The position numbers were made by a program, and so were the translations under genes. The notes beneath the pieces were generated by a model. The model worked only from the letters and a program-made list of their open reading frames with translations, had not been told where the DNA came from and ran no database searches. A stretch of 64,000 bases of DNA from Perna viridis (Eukaryota). Positions within the stretch are counted from its first letter, which is position 1, and the number at the start of each line of letters is the position of its first letter. Positions 12,987-26,793 of the stretch are shown here, in pieces. The DNA lies in the NCBI GenBank assembly GCA_037379345.1, contig CM074511.1, forward strand, positions 42,166,862-42,230,861, in the 5' to 3' direction.

Positions 12987-14530
12987 AAAGAGTAATCAAG
13001 GGAACCAAGGTTATAGCAGTATTCAAAAGAATGTAATCCAGGGACAAAGACCAGACATGGAAAACAGACATACACAACAAAGAACATAAAGTAACTAAAA
13101 TCATACATACAAAGTAACAAAAGCGAATGAGCAACTCGGACTGCACTAAAAACTGGGAGCATGGACCAGGTGCACCGGTAGGGTAAGCGTCATCTGCTTT
13201 TTTCGAAACACCCGCCGAGTTGCTCATAGAAAAGTCAAGTCCGTAGTGGACTAAAGAGAAAAGGAAAACTATGACACGTTGAACAAATCAGTTTTCATGG
13301 CGCAGATGGATACACCGTAACGATCCACGAGTTCACGATGACGACCATAAAACTTATGTAGTGATGACTTCAATCTTGTAGCAACATAACCCTGTTCCAG
13401 AAGCCTATTTGTTAGAATTCTAGCGCGATACAAAAAGTCTGCGTAGTTACAGCAAGCTCTGGCATAACTTATGGGTTGTGATATGAACACTCCATACGCA
13501 GGTGCTGAAGGGATGTTGCCATAGACTAAAGGAAAGTTGACAATTCTGAATGAAAAGTCATCACGTTTGTCGTAAAGTCTGGTCAATAGTTTTCCTTTAC
13601 CGTCGATTTCTAAGTGTAGGTCAAGATATGAGGCTGACTTCACAGTGTCTGTAGTATCCTTTATCTCAAGTTCTTTGGGGTAGATGCGATGTATCAATTT
13701 CCCAAAATTAGGATTGTTTAAAGATAATACGTCATCTATATAGCGGAAACTGAGATTAAAGGACCTAGCTAAACGATCTTCTTTCTTCCGGATCAGATCA
13801 GCTATAAATTCAGCCTCATAAAAGTGAAGGAATAGGGCAGCAAGTAGAGGAGCACAATTTGTTCCCATTGAAATGCCCACCGTTTGTGGAAAAACGCGTC
13901 CACCACACTGGACAAGTATGTTGTCGATTAAAAATTCCAGCATTTTGTAAACATCTTCTGTATATTTGGAAGATGATTTGGAATTATTTCTTATAAAGTA
14001 TGAGGAATATCTACCAAGAACTATATATTTGTATTTAGGTGTACCATCTTTTTTTGAAAAACAACAATGTATAATGTTTTTAAGTCGGGATTTTAACTGA
14101 GTATGGGAAATAGAAGTAGACAGTGTTGAAAAATCATAGGTTTTAATGCTATTATATTCTGATAATAGTCTTGAACTGATTGTCTCCAAAAGATCTTTCG
14201 GTTTTTTTAGGATCCACATTGAATTAATACCACTACGGGAGCAACAAATGTGGTAGGACTGCAGACCTCTTGGACAGTTGTGATTATAGAAGTTGAAAGT
14301 TTTGAAAGAGGTTTGGTGGTACATTTTGCAGATCCGGCTATGCAACGTTGTTTGTATGGATTCTTGTGGGGTTTAGGAATCCAGTACATAGACGGTAAAT
14401 CACAATCATCGTCCTTGGTAGAGAGACCAAAAGAGGATAGCACAGACTTATGGTTTTCCACAATCTCTTTCTTTGGAGAGTGTGGTAGCAGGATAGGTCT
14501 TATCATTGCTATTATTTTCTACGTCTCCTA
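12987..14530 (-). mobile_element. Penelope-like retroelement, 5'-truncated RT pseudogene with 3' tail
   Basis: RT motifs KTYDFSTL, GISMGTNCAPLLA.LFL, FRYIDDVLSLNN, SASYLDL, LYDKRDDF, PAYGVFISQ; upstream LPSMYWIPK.HKNP. No C-terminal GIY-YIG after the RT. Confidence 0.9.
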
Positions 14531-15868
14531 AAAATATCATCCAAATGTAAATCCTTTTAAATCATTGAATACACCTTTTATAACATGTAAATATGTTTCT
14601 AGCAATTATTCATCTCAAAGATATTCTATTACATCTGCAAATAAAATAAAGATCTATCGGTAGTGTGGATGTTATGTATAATTTTGCATATAGGGAATGA
14701 AGTTCTTGCAGTAATGTGCTAAGAAGCATCAAATGTGCTAAGCATGTTCCTTTAATACAATTATCAGTCAAATCTCCATCCTGTTATCAATATTTTATGA
14801 TTAAAAAAAACAATGCAGAACAGTGATTTTAATCAAGTAAAACTGGCGGGAAAATTCAAATTGATAAAAAGTGTGTATATTTGAAATCCTTAGTATGCTG
14901 ATCAAGGAAATAATTTTCTGAAGTTGAAATTAGTTCTACTTGAGTATAATTACCGTGCAGGATAGTACTCTGTTGAAATACTTAAAATGTTATTTCAAAT
15001 TAACTTTTTGACAGGTTTAAAAAATTGGGAAGAGGGTGAAACAGAACAAAATTTGTTAAAGTGTGTGAAGTTGGATACTGTTTAAATATGAATTTCAGTC
15101 TTTACTTCAGAAATCAGTAGTACTGATTGACATTCAGTTTATACATATTAGGAAAAACAGTTTTACATTTGTTAATTATATGAGAAATGCAAATGTTTGA
15201 TTATAGTTTTATTTTACATCATGTAATCTTATATTTGTTCATCCTACAATTTTCACAAGAATAAAAAAGACCCCAGTCCTAACAATACTTTGATAATTTT
15301 CACATTTTACATTTTAATAATACTGTGTATTGATAACACCTCCTTCCTCAGAAGGAAGAAGTAATATATTTGAATTTTCGATTGACTTTCCTGAGTAGTG
15401 TCTCCTTGTGTAATATTTACAATTTCAGTATAGAACATAAAGGTTTGAGTAAACACATAACGAGAGGGTAAGTACATATATTAACTTTATATAGAATAGT
15501 CCTGTAATATTAAACCCTGTAGTAAGGAGTGTCACTGTCATATTAGGTCCCTGTCAGGGAAGAATAACTGACAAACAACATGTACATGATTAAATAATGA
15601 ATTTTTCGATAACACTTCCGACAAATTGATTTGACTCGAGTCGGAACATATAGATGACGATTTCTGATAAAGTACAAAGTGTTAATTATTCATGTCAGTT
15701 CAAAATCCTTGATTATAACTAGATACGAAGAAATCGTCAACGGATCTTGCAATGTTAGTGTTTAAATTTAAAATTAAGTTGATGATTATCAATGACTTTT
15801 AGCACCTCCCATGAATGACATTTCGCTTTTAACGAATGTTGATAATGGATGAATATCAGTTTCAGTTC

Positions 15869-18800
15869 TTAGAGTTTAGGTCTCCATCCTTTTTTCATAT
15901 TGTTAATTTTGAGTAAATCGATTAATTCAAGACAAAACGGAGGTTCTTTGAGTTTTTCGTCACTTAAAGAGGACAGAAAACATCCATCCAACCCTTTCTC
16001 TTTACATGTGCGTGCTAGATTGGCAATTTTACAATATTCCAAGCAAACAACAAGTTCATCAACTGTCATATCTTTCAGTGCTTTCTGTTCGGTTTGTAAC
16101 GAGTGAGGATCGGGGAGGGGTCTTGTAGCAGGATTAACAGTGCTCTGTTTAAGTGGCTGTTCTTCCATTTGATCTGGTAAGCGTCGCGCAGTTGGCAGTA
16201 CAGCTACTATTGGCTTTTCTGCTTTCTGCACAGGATCATACATGTTCAGCGAACTTTCGTCAAGTTGCTCGTAGATGCTGCCTTCTTCTTCTTCCTCTCC
16301 AAAAGATTCAGAATCATCTTCTCTGAATGCTTTGACTACTTGTAAAGGCTTATCTCTTGCACCCTTCTTAGATCTCTGGCGGGCAATTTGATTCGGTAAC
16401 TTTCTCACAGAATGCAATAGCTTCTGTAATATGTAAAAATTAAAATTTATTAAGTCAATAATGATATATACTTCAGCTTAATATAATGTTGATCTTCTGA
16501 AGTATTTCATAGTGCGTTTCATCAAGGAATTCAAAATAACTTTGTTTTACCTTAACAAATAATTACTAGTATAATCGGAAACTTTTTATTATGCATGTTA
16601 GATATTTACAGATTGGTCAAAGATATTACCTGGATTTTGGAACCTTTCTCTTTCTGTTCTATGGCTCCAGTGGTATGGGTTCCTGTAAAGTAGTTTATAT
16701 AACTTATGTCGGCCAAATTTCATGCCATGAAAACCTCATCTAGACAAAATGCCAAGGATACGAGCTTTGTTTGCAGCTGGGTATCTTCCTGATAGAAACT
16801 CAACTTATCAGAGAAAAAAAATCATTTATTCCAAACCATGAGATCTTGTAAAAAAACATTTTTTATAACCGATAACCAACAAATGACATTACCAGATGCA
16901 AAAGTTACGGGGGGGGGACAAAAAAGTGCCAACATGTTAATGTTATGTTATTGGCTTCAAAATTCACAAAAAAAAAACAAATTAAAAAAAAAACAAACAA
17001 ACAAAACAAAACAAAACGAAAAAAAATAAACAAAACAATAACAATAAAAACAAATAAATATGCTGATTTTAACATCTTAGTATCTTTTTGAATTTTAGAA
17101 GTTGGTCAGTATAAACAGGTGTCCGGTTTACCTAGGTTGAAAAGGCAACTTGAATTGATGCAAATGCGCTTAAATAAAGTGTCTGGTTTAGACAGGTTAA
17201 CATTGTACTTCAAGACCTCTGGTGGCTGATCCAGGGTGGTGTACCAGTGGTTTTGCTGGAAACCCGTATTTGTTGGATTTTTTTTAACTTTGTGCAAAAC
17301 TTTGGACGAATGAGCAGATAAGTGATTGTAACCCCATTTTAAGAATATTTTGATCCTCCTCTAACCTCCAGTGACTGTAACCCCATTTTAAGAATATTTT
17401 GATCCTCCTCTAACCTCCATTTGCACCCCTGTATATACTTACCTTTCAATTGTGTACTTATATAATCATATTCAGATTCCTCGGTAGATTCCACATCCTC
17501 TTGCACCGAGGTCACTGAAAATACATAAGTAGAATATGTATTTCTTCATGAATAATATATGATAAATTACTTCTATTTGACAGAACAACTAGTTTATGTT
17601 CCAATAGATTAATTATCATACTTTGACTGGAAGAAATGAATGACTATTCATGTGATGCTGAACTAGAAATTTTGACTGTTTTGCACTCAATATATTCAGT
17701 GTTTACACTGCACAAAAACGGACTGGGTTTGTAACGTCATTTCCCATTACTTAAATTATGAATTTTTCGAAAAATGAAATTAGTCTTCCTGAGATCAGAC
17801 ATTGCACATTATCAAGTTAAACAAACAAAAGCCGGAAGATATGCCAATGACGACTTGATTATCGCTCCACTAAATATAAATAATTAAGAAATAAACAGCA
17901 CAAATGTCTTTCACACTCAATAAAATTCTCTGGGAAAAAATCTACAGATAAAGAGTAACACAATTTAATATAAAACACATTGTCAATAAGAGGATATTGG
18001 TGATATCAACCTTGTATTACCCAGGTAAAGCATATAATGAAATATCTTATTTCCAATTAAAGAGCTATCTAAATTGCATTTTTTTTATCAAATTTTATCA
18101 AATACGCATGTGTGAACCAACCGTACAAGGGTGTAGTAGGGAATATCATCGGCGTTTATGCATATTTAACACCAATAGGACCAGAAAGTATACACTGTAG
18201 CCTATGTCAAGCCAAACATCCTAGGAACGTTTTTTTAGCACTAGATGTTCTAACTGGATATGAACTGTAGTTACTGCCCCTGACGTTGAGAAATTCAGAC
18301 AATAATAGCAAACGATTGTGTCGAACATATACTTCGGTTTATTTGAACGTGAAATGAAAAATAATTCATGGTGTATAATGAAAAACAAAAGCCAAGATCA
18401 TCCAAATAACCCATTTTGTCCGAACCACGGGGGCTCTGTTGTTTGTTACTGGCGTTTTCAGCTTTTTTTTTTAAAACTATAAAAGTAAATTAAAAAAAAT
18501 GTTCCAAGTTGATGGAACAATTGATGTCAATTATGACAAAGCCTACCAAATTCTGCAGTGATATTAAAATAGTTCTCTAATATTGATAAAAGATTAAATT
18601 TATGTTCTATTGGATCAAATAATTCACCAGAATTCTTATTTTCTCCAGGTAAGCGGTTCATTTCGTAAAGATCCTCTAGTTTTAGTTCGTCCCATGATGA
18701 TTGATTGATTGTTGGGGTTTAACGCCCGAGCAGCAATATTTCAGCTATATTCAGGCGATGAACATGAAAGGTATGATAAAATGAAATGAAATGATGATAA

Positions 18801-21778
18801 AATGAAAAAAGGGATGGGACAAAAGGATAATAGGGTCGAAAATTTTGATTGCCACTAGAAAAAGGGGGATAGGTAGGGTAGGGCAATTTAGCCGCCTGTG
18901 GCGGAGCCAAAAGGTTCTTACTCCTGTCGAATACTACAGCAGGGGTTCTTTAACGTGCGAGGAACGTGGCATCTTTCCCAACACGGTGCACCACTATGGT
19001 TTACGGTAAGGTTTTCCATGTTATAGCCTGACAACTCCAGCATGTAACAAGCCAGGGGTACCCATTCCACCACCAGGGGCACACATCCCAGTTGCTCTGT
19101 GGGCAGAGCGCATAGCCCCCGGCTAGGTTCCCTGAGCACTATTTAGTTGCCTTTTACGACAAGCTTAGCGCTGCTGCAGGCCTATTCTTTTGACACCCGG
19201 ACCTGCACGGGGCTTAGTTCGTCTCAAATCGATCATCTATTTGATCGATTAGGTATCTCCATGGTAATAAAGTTTAAGATCCAAAATGTTGAAAATATAA
19301 AACGAAAATGGTATTTGAAGCTAAGAAAAAAAGTTTTGATAAAACAAATTAAAATCAAACCAAAACAGTTCACAAAATAGCACTAAGTTAGTTTTGAATT
19401 AAAATTCTCTCACATGGTGCGACACTACAGAGAAATGTCTCTAAATAAGGTAAATAAGGTGTACTATTGATGTGTTTATCTTGTGTTTCTAGGTCCTTAA
19501 ATTTCTACTGTTGATAGTCGTTCATTTTCCCTTTAAACAGACGATACACTTTATAAAGAATTTCAATAGGTCTTGGTAGATCATAACAATAATATATATT
19601 TCACTTCAATCAAATGCTTAACAAAAAGAAACATTGTTATGCTGAGACCAGCGATGGATCTTTTCCCCAATGTCTTAAATTAGAATTTTCAGTCGAGATT
19701 TTTTTTTATGGAGTTCGGCGCTTTAGAATTTTAAAAGACATTGGAAAAAAGATCCATTCCTGACTTGGCATATCAATGTGTCATATTGATATACCGTTAA
19801 AGAAAGATATGAATATAAGTATCGCAATTTGACCAGATTTTAAATTTTCATTTCATTTAAATGATATTATTCAAACAGTTAGTCAACATTCGATCAATCC
19901 TATACCGCTTCCATAGCTTATACGAACGGAGCATCAGCGACGTCCTATATATGTAGAATGTAGGACTAGAACTACGAATGGCCAAAAAATATTCTGACGG
20001 AAGTGACGAAATTGGTCGACACGGAAGTAGTCGATTGCGCAAGTGCTGAGGCGCTGTTTAATACGTCGATGGATACGATTTTATATTTATTTATTTATTT
20101 AATAATAATTTGGAAATTATTGGCTGTGTAGAAATGTTTAAAGTAGCTGTCTTTGTAAGAAGCATGCAAAATCTGAAAAATGTGATACACAACAAAAATA
20201 CTACATATTTTTATTTTTGTAATCAAGTTGTCTTGTGGGTCTATATTGTGAAATGCGTATTTATTCATTCCAATCTATCTGCTCTTGGGAGATAATCAAT
20301 ATTGAAAATCCAATAGATTCTATTGTATTTGAGTTATCTCCCTTAATTTTGAAATCTATAGTGCATTCTACAGGATTTTTAACTCCTAAGAACACGGGTT
20401 ATACGAAAAAGCGAATGTTAATAATAAATATTAATATCAATAATAAAAATATGTATGCTTTTCAGCCATGAATCGCATTTTGCATGATTCTTAGCTGGAG
20501 TGCTTCTCAAGCTTTCCCAGAAGAAAGTCTCACGCATTCTCCTTATTGAATGAGACTTCGCCCATATCTACATGCCGGCGCACCGTAAACAAAGAATGAG
20601 CGCCGTCCATCATAAGCCTAAAATCATTTTAAATTTTGGGAAATATTTTGTTACTGAAAATCTGCAATATCAAGGAGGTATGATAGGTGGTCTCAATATT
20701 TGATTAACGCCTCACTCAATTTCTAGGTGGTATCGGATGTGATTAACTAGGTGTTATGGGATGTGCTTTATTTTAAATTTTATATTAAAAGATTCGATAG
20801 AAATGACGCGCACTTACAACGCCTTGGTGGTATAGGAGGTGGCTTGTCATCATCTAATTCATCATCTTCAATATTCAGGTACAACATGTTTGTAGCTTTG
20901 GGTATGGCCTCTGTTTCTAATGTATTTACAACGGTGTTGCTGTTAATTTTTTTTGAAAAATTGTTTTTGACAAACATTGCATATCCAGTGCTCGCCATAT
21001 CGATAGCTGTGAAGACTTCCAGTTCTTGAATTATTTCTCTGTTAGTCGGTAGCATTCTGAAATGTCGTCTCAGCGTTTCTCCTTCCCTTAACACTACTGA
21101 GTCTGGTTTGTGATGACAAACAATGTAGTCCTGACTAATCAATTCTACTAGCTTAACCTTGCTATCTCCAAGATGTTCTGAAAAAGGGCTTATGCCAGCC
21201 TTTTCTATGAATATCACATACTGTGGAAATTGAAAGCGGTCAACCATTTCTGTTATTGTATACATATTTTCATCATTTTCCACTGCGAATTTGTACATTT
21301 TCTTTTCAGACAGTACAACTAATTCGTTTGTATTTTTTCTCTTACACACCAACCCCTTACCTTCAATGTATCTGTCAAATTCCAAAATATCGCCGTCCTT
21401 AACAATTTTTTCGGAAATATGCTCAGTTTTTTCCGACATAAATTTCATTTTACTTAAGATATAACGTGGACATGTCGTAACAATATCTCGAACAAAACTC
21501 AGAGTTTTTTTGTCGTCATCTTCGTTCGAAATTTTCATTCGACCTTTGTGAACTAGCGGTATCAATAGCTCTTCTTTTCCAGCGAATGCTCGAACGCTCT
21601 GAATACATTGCACAAAATCCAACTTTACTAGATCACCGATAGAAAACGATTCATCTTCGTTCTCTCCAAGCCACCCTTCAGCAACTTTAACGACAATTGG
21701 TAACTTGTTGTCTCGTATGACATCCTTTAAGAAACCAGATTTACTAGACCATTGAATTGGTGCATTCTCTGCCGCCAT
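15869..21778 (-). CDS. GAREM/Themis-family CABIT-SAM adaptor, paralogue A (~546 aa)
   Basis: Exons 21778-20818 (CABIT: QWSS..L..LPIVVKV, LLIPLVHKG, GDILE, GLVCKR, YTITEMVDRFQFPQYV; ends PPPIPPRR), 17514-17443 (EESEYDYI), 16682-16630, 16423-15869 (SAM, ends KGWRPKL). Phases 1,1,0 join in frame, total 1641 nt. The GWRPK[IL] end matches the GAREM1 C-terminus as I recall it. Confidence 0.88.
17322..17419. repeat. 49-bp tandem duplication
   Basis: gtgattgtaaccccattttaagaatattttgatcctcctctaacctcca twice, one mismatch. Confidence 0.92.
18697..19213. mobile_element. SINE-like/RTE-tail composite repeat
   Basis: GC-rich island with a (ttga)n end, a ggggttctttaacgtgc core, and an RTE-like 3' end gttgccttttacgacaagc...acccggacctgcacgggg. 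Confidence 0.5.
19632..19780. repeat. Imperfect ~45-bp inverted repeat
   Basis: cattgttatgc...atggatcttttccccaatgtctt versus aagacattggaaaaaagatccat...gcatatcaatg. Confidence 0.65.
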
Positions 21779-22686
21779 TAGGGAACCGGATTCTAAAATA
21801 GGAAGCTTGTTACCTACAAAGCAAGTTTGTAGATTTTAGACTTCCTGGTTTAGTGTAATAGTATGTTATGCGCACTCACATTTGGGTGTACATTTAACCA
21901 TTTAAGAAGTAATAATTGCTGTTAGTTACGTGTCACATACATGTGCTAGTAGCATTTGTTACTGCGAATGAAACAGTTAACGTCAGGGAACAGGGTTGGT
22001 TGTTGGTCTATCCTTGATTGAATGACCATGACCTGATGAAATGTCTTCGGTAGTTGACTGGACAGTTAATAATTGACTTTCTATCACTTCATAGGTATTT
22101 TCATGTAAGTTTAATAGAAAGTTTACAAAAAATATCCACGAAATTTACTAGCTGTAATGCAAATGCAAATAAGTGGAAAACATGTTTATAAAGGGCAGCA
22201 GAATAAATGAATAATTGTCATAATTTTGTCAATATTTAAGTTTAATTTTGATTGGAATCATAAATTTTGCAATTAAACATTGTCTGTGAAAATAACAATT
22301 ATCAGCTGCCGACAATAGAAATGAACATAACTCTATGGTGACAGTTAGCATGGATAATAAATTGATTAATATAAGAATGGCCCTGACCTACGAACGACAA
22401 CGACCACCACCTGTGAGCATTTAGTGAATTCCGTTCATCCTATTAACTCATTAAAAATACTGCACGAGAAGCGAAATTACTGAACATTGCATATGGTATT
22501 TTACATCTCCGATGTTACTCCGAGATTAAAATCGCAACTTAAAAATAAAGGACTTCAGCAGTCTTACTTCTTTACCCGTTTGACATTAGCAACTTCGCGC
22601 ATGAATCTAGAAAGCAAGGAAACGTCTCGTTTCACATTGTCCATGTTTACAGTCTGGTGGAATCAGTGTTGCTGTAGCATTTTTGA

Positions 22687-22690
<4 letters not shown>

Positions 22691-22740
<50 letters not shown>
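22691..22740. repeat. (CT)25 microsatellite
   Basis: Pure CT run ~0.9 kb upstream of the paralogue A start codon. Confidence 0.97.
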
Positions 22741-22748
<8 letters not shown>

Positions 22749-23562
22749 TTTCAGCTCCCTGTTTTTTTTTTATCAATCTCTGTTTTTTTTGCTAATTAAT
22801 CTTTGTTCTCTTTAGTTTCGATTTTTGTTGTTGTTGTTGTTGTTGTAAATCATACATATATCGCCAAAGTGATCTCGGAGAAAATGTAAGTTTTTTTAAC
22901 CGAAACAAAATTTTGATATAAATGTATAAATTTTTCAAAATGGTATTGCTCACCAAGTTTTGATACAATTCTCAAGTTTTGTTTGAACCGTGTATATTCG
23001 ACCCCTGATTGTATTTCTGTATTTAAAAACAAATCAATTTTTGGTATAACACCACATCAATCCACCCTTTGACATCGCTACTCAAAACTTGGTTGAAGGA
23101 ATTGTAGTGACCGATAATTTCTATTGCCGGTTATTGCTAAGGTTTCATTACTTTAAATTATATTCAGAGCTAGCTTTCAGTAACTGAGAGCATTCTTTAA
23201 GTGGATATCTTTCCTTGTCTATATGTTGTATATTTAGGTATTTCATAGAAGGAATTGAGTGTATTATTAAGTGAATTTTGTAATATGCTTATTCATTGTT
23301 ATGTTAAATTCTACCTTAGATTAAAGGGGAATGATTAATGACTTATAAAACTGAACATATTGCAAGCGTTTGTCTACAGTCTGAAGATGGTTTTGTGTAT
23401 TTTACATTACTTCATACTGTGTGAGAAATTGTCATCTTATATTTAGCATTGATTCATTGATAGTATAGAGCATTTACCTCTGTTGAAGATCATAAGATAA
23501 CCTCTGAAAGTATTTACCGTTTTAGATTTAGTTATGTTTTCTCTATATCCGTTCTTTTTCCA

Positions 23563-23762
23563 TCGTGGTAACATACTCGCCTCGAGTGTGGGAGGTCGTT
23601 GGTCAGCCAGACTTTCATATTGGTGGTCCCTGCTTTTCCAACAAGCATGTGGTATTTAATGGGAAAGAGTGACAGAGTGAAGGCTGGTTGGATCGCAGTG
23701 AGAATAATTGGGTGACATGCCTACCTGTGAGCTGTTGTTTTTGTGAGCTAGCATATTTAATG
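23563..23762 (+). mobile_element. Degenerate tRNA-derived SINE
   Basis: tRNA-like head (gtggtaacatactcgcctcgagtgtgggaggtcg) and core ggctggttgg...gtgacatgcctacctgtg...tgagctagca. A related reversed copy lies at ~59235-59550. Confidence 0.5.
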
Positions 23763-25479
23763 ACCGAACCTACAATTAACCATTGCTAATGTGAAAACGA
23801 TTTTTTTCTACATTAGATAAACTTGATGGTTTCCATGTTAGTTTGTCTAAACGGGATTTCGTGTCATATCTTTAAATAGCAAACTTACTATGTAATTCTG
23901 ATCTTATGTCCCTTTGAAATAGCGTTTTTATGTATAAACTTTTTTGTATTCATAAAGGTTCAAGGATAGTAGATTTAAATCAATTGTAAAACACAAAGAC
24001 CAACCCTCTTGTACTGAATGTTTGAATATAATTATTACATAATCTAGGCACATGTATTTTTAATCGTAGGTATGCTTTTGTTTTTCAAAGATTATTTGCT
24101 CTTACAAATTGAATAATAATTATCAGGCCGTAAAATATTAGTTGATTATTTCGATTTTGGCGTATTATTTGAACTTTTTTTTTATTTTGATGTTTTTCTT
24201 CTCTTTGACACTTAATTACGTAAATGAATGGGAACAATATAACGTTTGGTTTAAAATTTAATTCATACTGCATATTCAGAAAAATATTCTACTGTGATCA
24301 TAATTGGGTCAGGGGTCATAACAAAAGAAAATGCATGAGCGCCTATAGCTCTTACAGATGAGATCTATTTTACTTGTCGAAATTAGAATGTGTAAGATTT
24401 TATTTCTTTCCTAAAATGGGGTAGGATCATTGTTATTAACCAACTACGCTGTATTGATAATACATAACACTCCATTGTGTAGTCATTAGTAAGTTTACCT
24501 GTCAAAACAGTGGCGGATCCGGGGGAAGTGGGGGGGGGGGCAAGAAATTATTTTGATCTTGGACTTGAAATAATATTGCAATAAATCAAGCAAAAAACTT
24601 ATACTATTGAATGTACTTAAAGATTTCCAAGGAAATGAGGTTTGTCTCTTTGTAATTTCAACGCCCTCACATGATGGTTGTGCGATTATAACTATGGTGT
24701 GAAAATAATGCCGCGAGTCATAGGACCCAATTCCCTTGACCTGCTTTCTCGTAGTTCCTTCGACACAACATGTCAAAGGAACCACACTACAGCTACAAGT
24801 ATCATCTTTGTGTAGTTTGTCAATCCAGTAAGAGATGGAATCTTACTGAAGATATCTTGTTTTATCTGTTAGATAGAAACTTCAGAGTGTTAATCAAATT
24901 GTGATGACGACCTTAAAACTTCTGTAGTGATATTAACAAAGGCTGAACGTATGCCTAATTTAGAAGCTTATTATATCCGTCCTCTACATAGGACTCGGAT
25001 TAGATCTTTTCAGAATCAGTGTGGTCTTACAAAAAAAATTAGCCTTAAGTATCTAGAAAGTATGCCATACTGGTACACATGAAACAAAATTCTACTGGAT
25101 AGCTGAAAAAAACTAAGATCACCTTGTAATTGTCAATTTCTATTAACGACATTTTGGTTGTTGAATGAAACCTCTTTCTTCAGTTTTTCCTAATATCATG
25201 CTCATTAAATGTTATTTTGATTTTACAAATCCAACACAATTGCAACGTAGTCTCATTTTTATCATATTTATCTAAAGTATAAAAAACCGATATTAATCAA
25301 AATCTTCGGTCAAAATATTTCATATTTGGCTCGTCAACGAACCCTTTGCTATATTCCTTTCAAGATATATATTTTTTATAAAACAAATACGTGAAACCCC
25401 AGCAAAGATATATTACTTAATTGTAGGTAAAGTATTGAAATATATCATAAAAAACGATGAGTTTTAATTTAATGATGAA

Positions 25480-26200
25480 TCAATTATAGGTACAGTTCTA
25501 CAACATCTTTATCAAGTACCAATCCATATAACCTCTGTGATTGTCAATTGTCTCCGTTGTATATGGATTGGTACTTGATAAAGACATTGTAAAACTGTAT
25601 CTATAATTGATATATCACAATACTTCTATGAAATAAATCAATTATAGGTACAGTTATGGCAAGCCAAAGTGGACAAAAATGAGCATTTTATAATATTAAA
25701 CAATGATTTTTTTAATATTACAAATTCATTTTCTAATATTACGAATTATATTTCTTATATCACAAGACACTTTTTTGATATTAAAAATTCAATTGTTTTT
25801 CTAATATTAAAAACTATTTTTGAATATTTAGAAATTGATTTTCTAATATTAGAAAATGGATTTGTCGTATTCAGTGACGATTTTTTAATATTACAAAATC
25901 ATTTTGTAATTTTAAAAAATGTGACTGATTTTGTAATATTACAAATTCAATTTGTAATATTACAAAATGTGTGATATTTTATGATATTACTAAATCAGGA
26001 ATTTGTAATATTAGAAAATGAATTTTTAATATTACAGTTTTCTAATATTAAAAAAATGATTTTGTAATATTAAAAATTCATTTTCTAATATTACAAAATA
26101 TTGATTTTTGTCCACTTTGGCTTGCCATATACAGTTTTACAATATCTCTATCAAGTACCAATCCATATACAACTGAGACAATTGACAATCACAGAGGTTA
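25480..26200. repeat. Foldback/palindromic element hosting the MITE
   Basis: Arms taacctctgtgattgtcaattgtc...ctataattga (25530-25610) and tcaattataggtacagt|tttac...cacagaggtta (25639-26200, split by the MITE), plus a partial third arm at 25480-25530. Confidence 0.75.
25655..26129. mobile_element. Non-autonomous IS3EU-type MITE (475 bp)
   Basis: Perfect 26-bp TIR tatggcaagccaaagtggacaaaaat; 6-bp TSD TACAGT (25649-25654, 26130-26135); interior is ~21-bp tandem units (aatattacaaattcattttct). Confidence 0.9.
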
Positions 26201-26378
26201 TTCATGCTGCAGAAACACCCAACTAATAAAGACATTATTTCAATATACGTACATGTAACTATATTATTTTCTGCATACAGAGATCTGTGTTCTGGAGGGA
26301 AACCTGATTTTCATGTACAATCTATAATCTTTATGTGGGAAAAAAGAAACAACCGATTGAAAAACTAGGACTAGTTAA

Positions 26379-26591
26379 GGAGGGAGACCTAGGGTAAGGG
26401 AAACAACTCTTACAAATTATTGGAACGTTTGTATTCAGCTTCTGACATCTGAATCTCGTGTAAGCATCACATTAACTCGAACTGACTTCATTCTGTTTCA
26501 AAGGAAAGCTTGAAAAGCTTAGGTGAAATTGAATATGATACAAACATATCATTGATTTCAAGAGTTATCCCCTTACCCTAGGTCTACCTTC
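26379..26591. mobile_element. TTAA-flanked MITE, same family as 7567-7710
   Basis: ttaa|ggagggagacctagggtaagggaaacaactctt ... aagagttatccccttaccctaggtctaccttc|ttaa. Orphan ends of this family at ~37130 and ~60915-60957. Confidence 0.8.
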
Positions 26592-26793
26592 TTAAGTGGT
26601 TTGTACCTGTTTCTACATAAGAAAAAAAAGTGAATTTGATGAGTTTTGAGTTTTGCCATGTATGATATTTATGAAGACTGCTGCATTAAAAACCACACAG
26701 GAGGTGATTCATGCATGTCAAAACCCACCGAATCAATTTTATTTCTTATTCAGAATCAGTTACAGACCACAGTCCTAGTTTTTCATTCGGGTG

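Noticed and set aside
12925-13227. Recurrent hydrophobic ORFs (FCYFVCMILVTLCSLLC...) here and at 42168, 54980, 56700, 61380-61729, 61980
   Set aside because: All derive from the T-rich Penelope 3' tail, with inconsistent starts, ends and frames. Not a membrane-peptide family.
22487-22795. 102-aa ORF with an SL repeat
   Set aside because: Read-through of the (CT)n microsatellite.
25669-25974. 101-aa ORF
   Set aside because: Translation of MITE tandem repeats.
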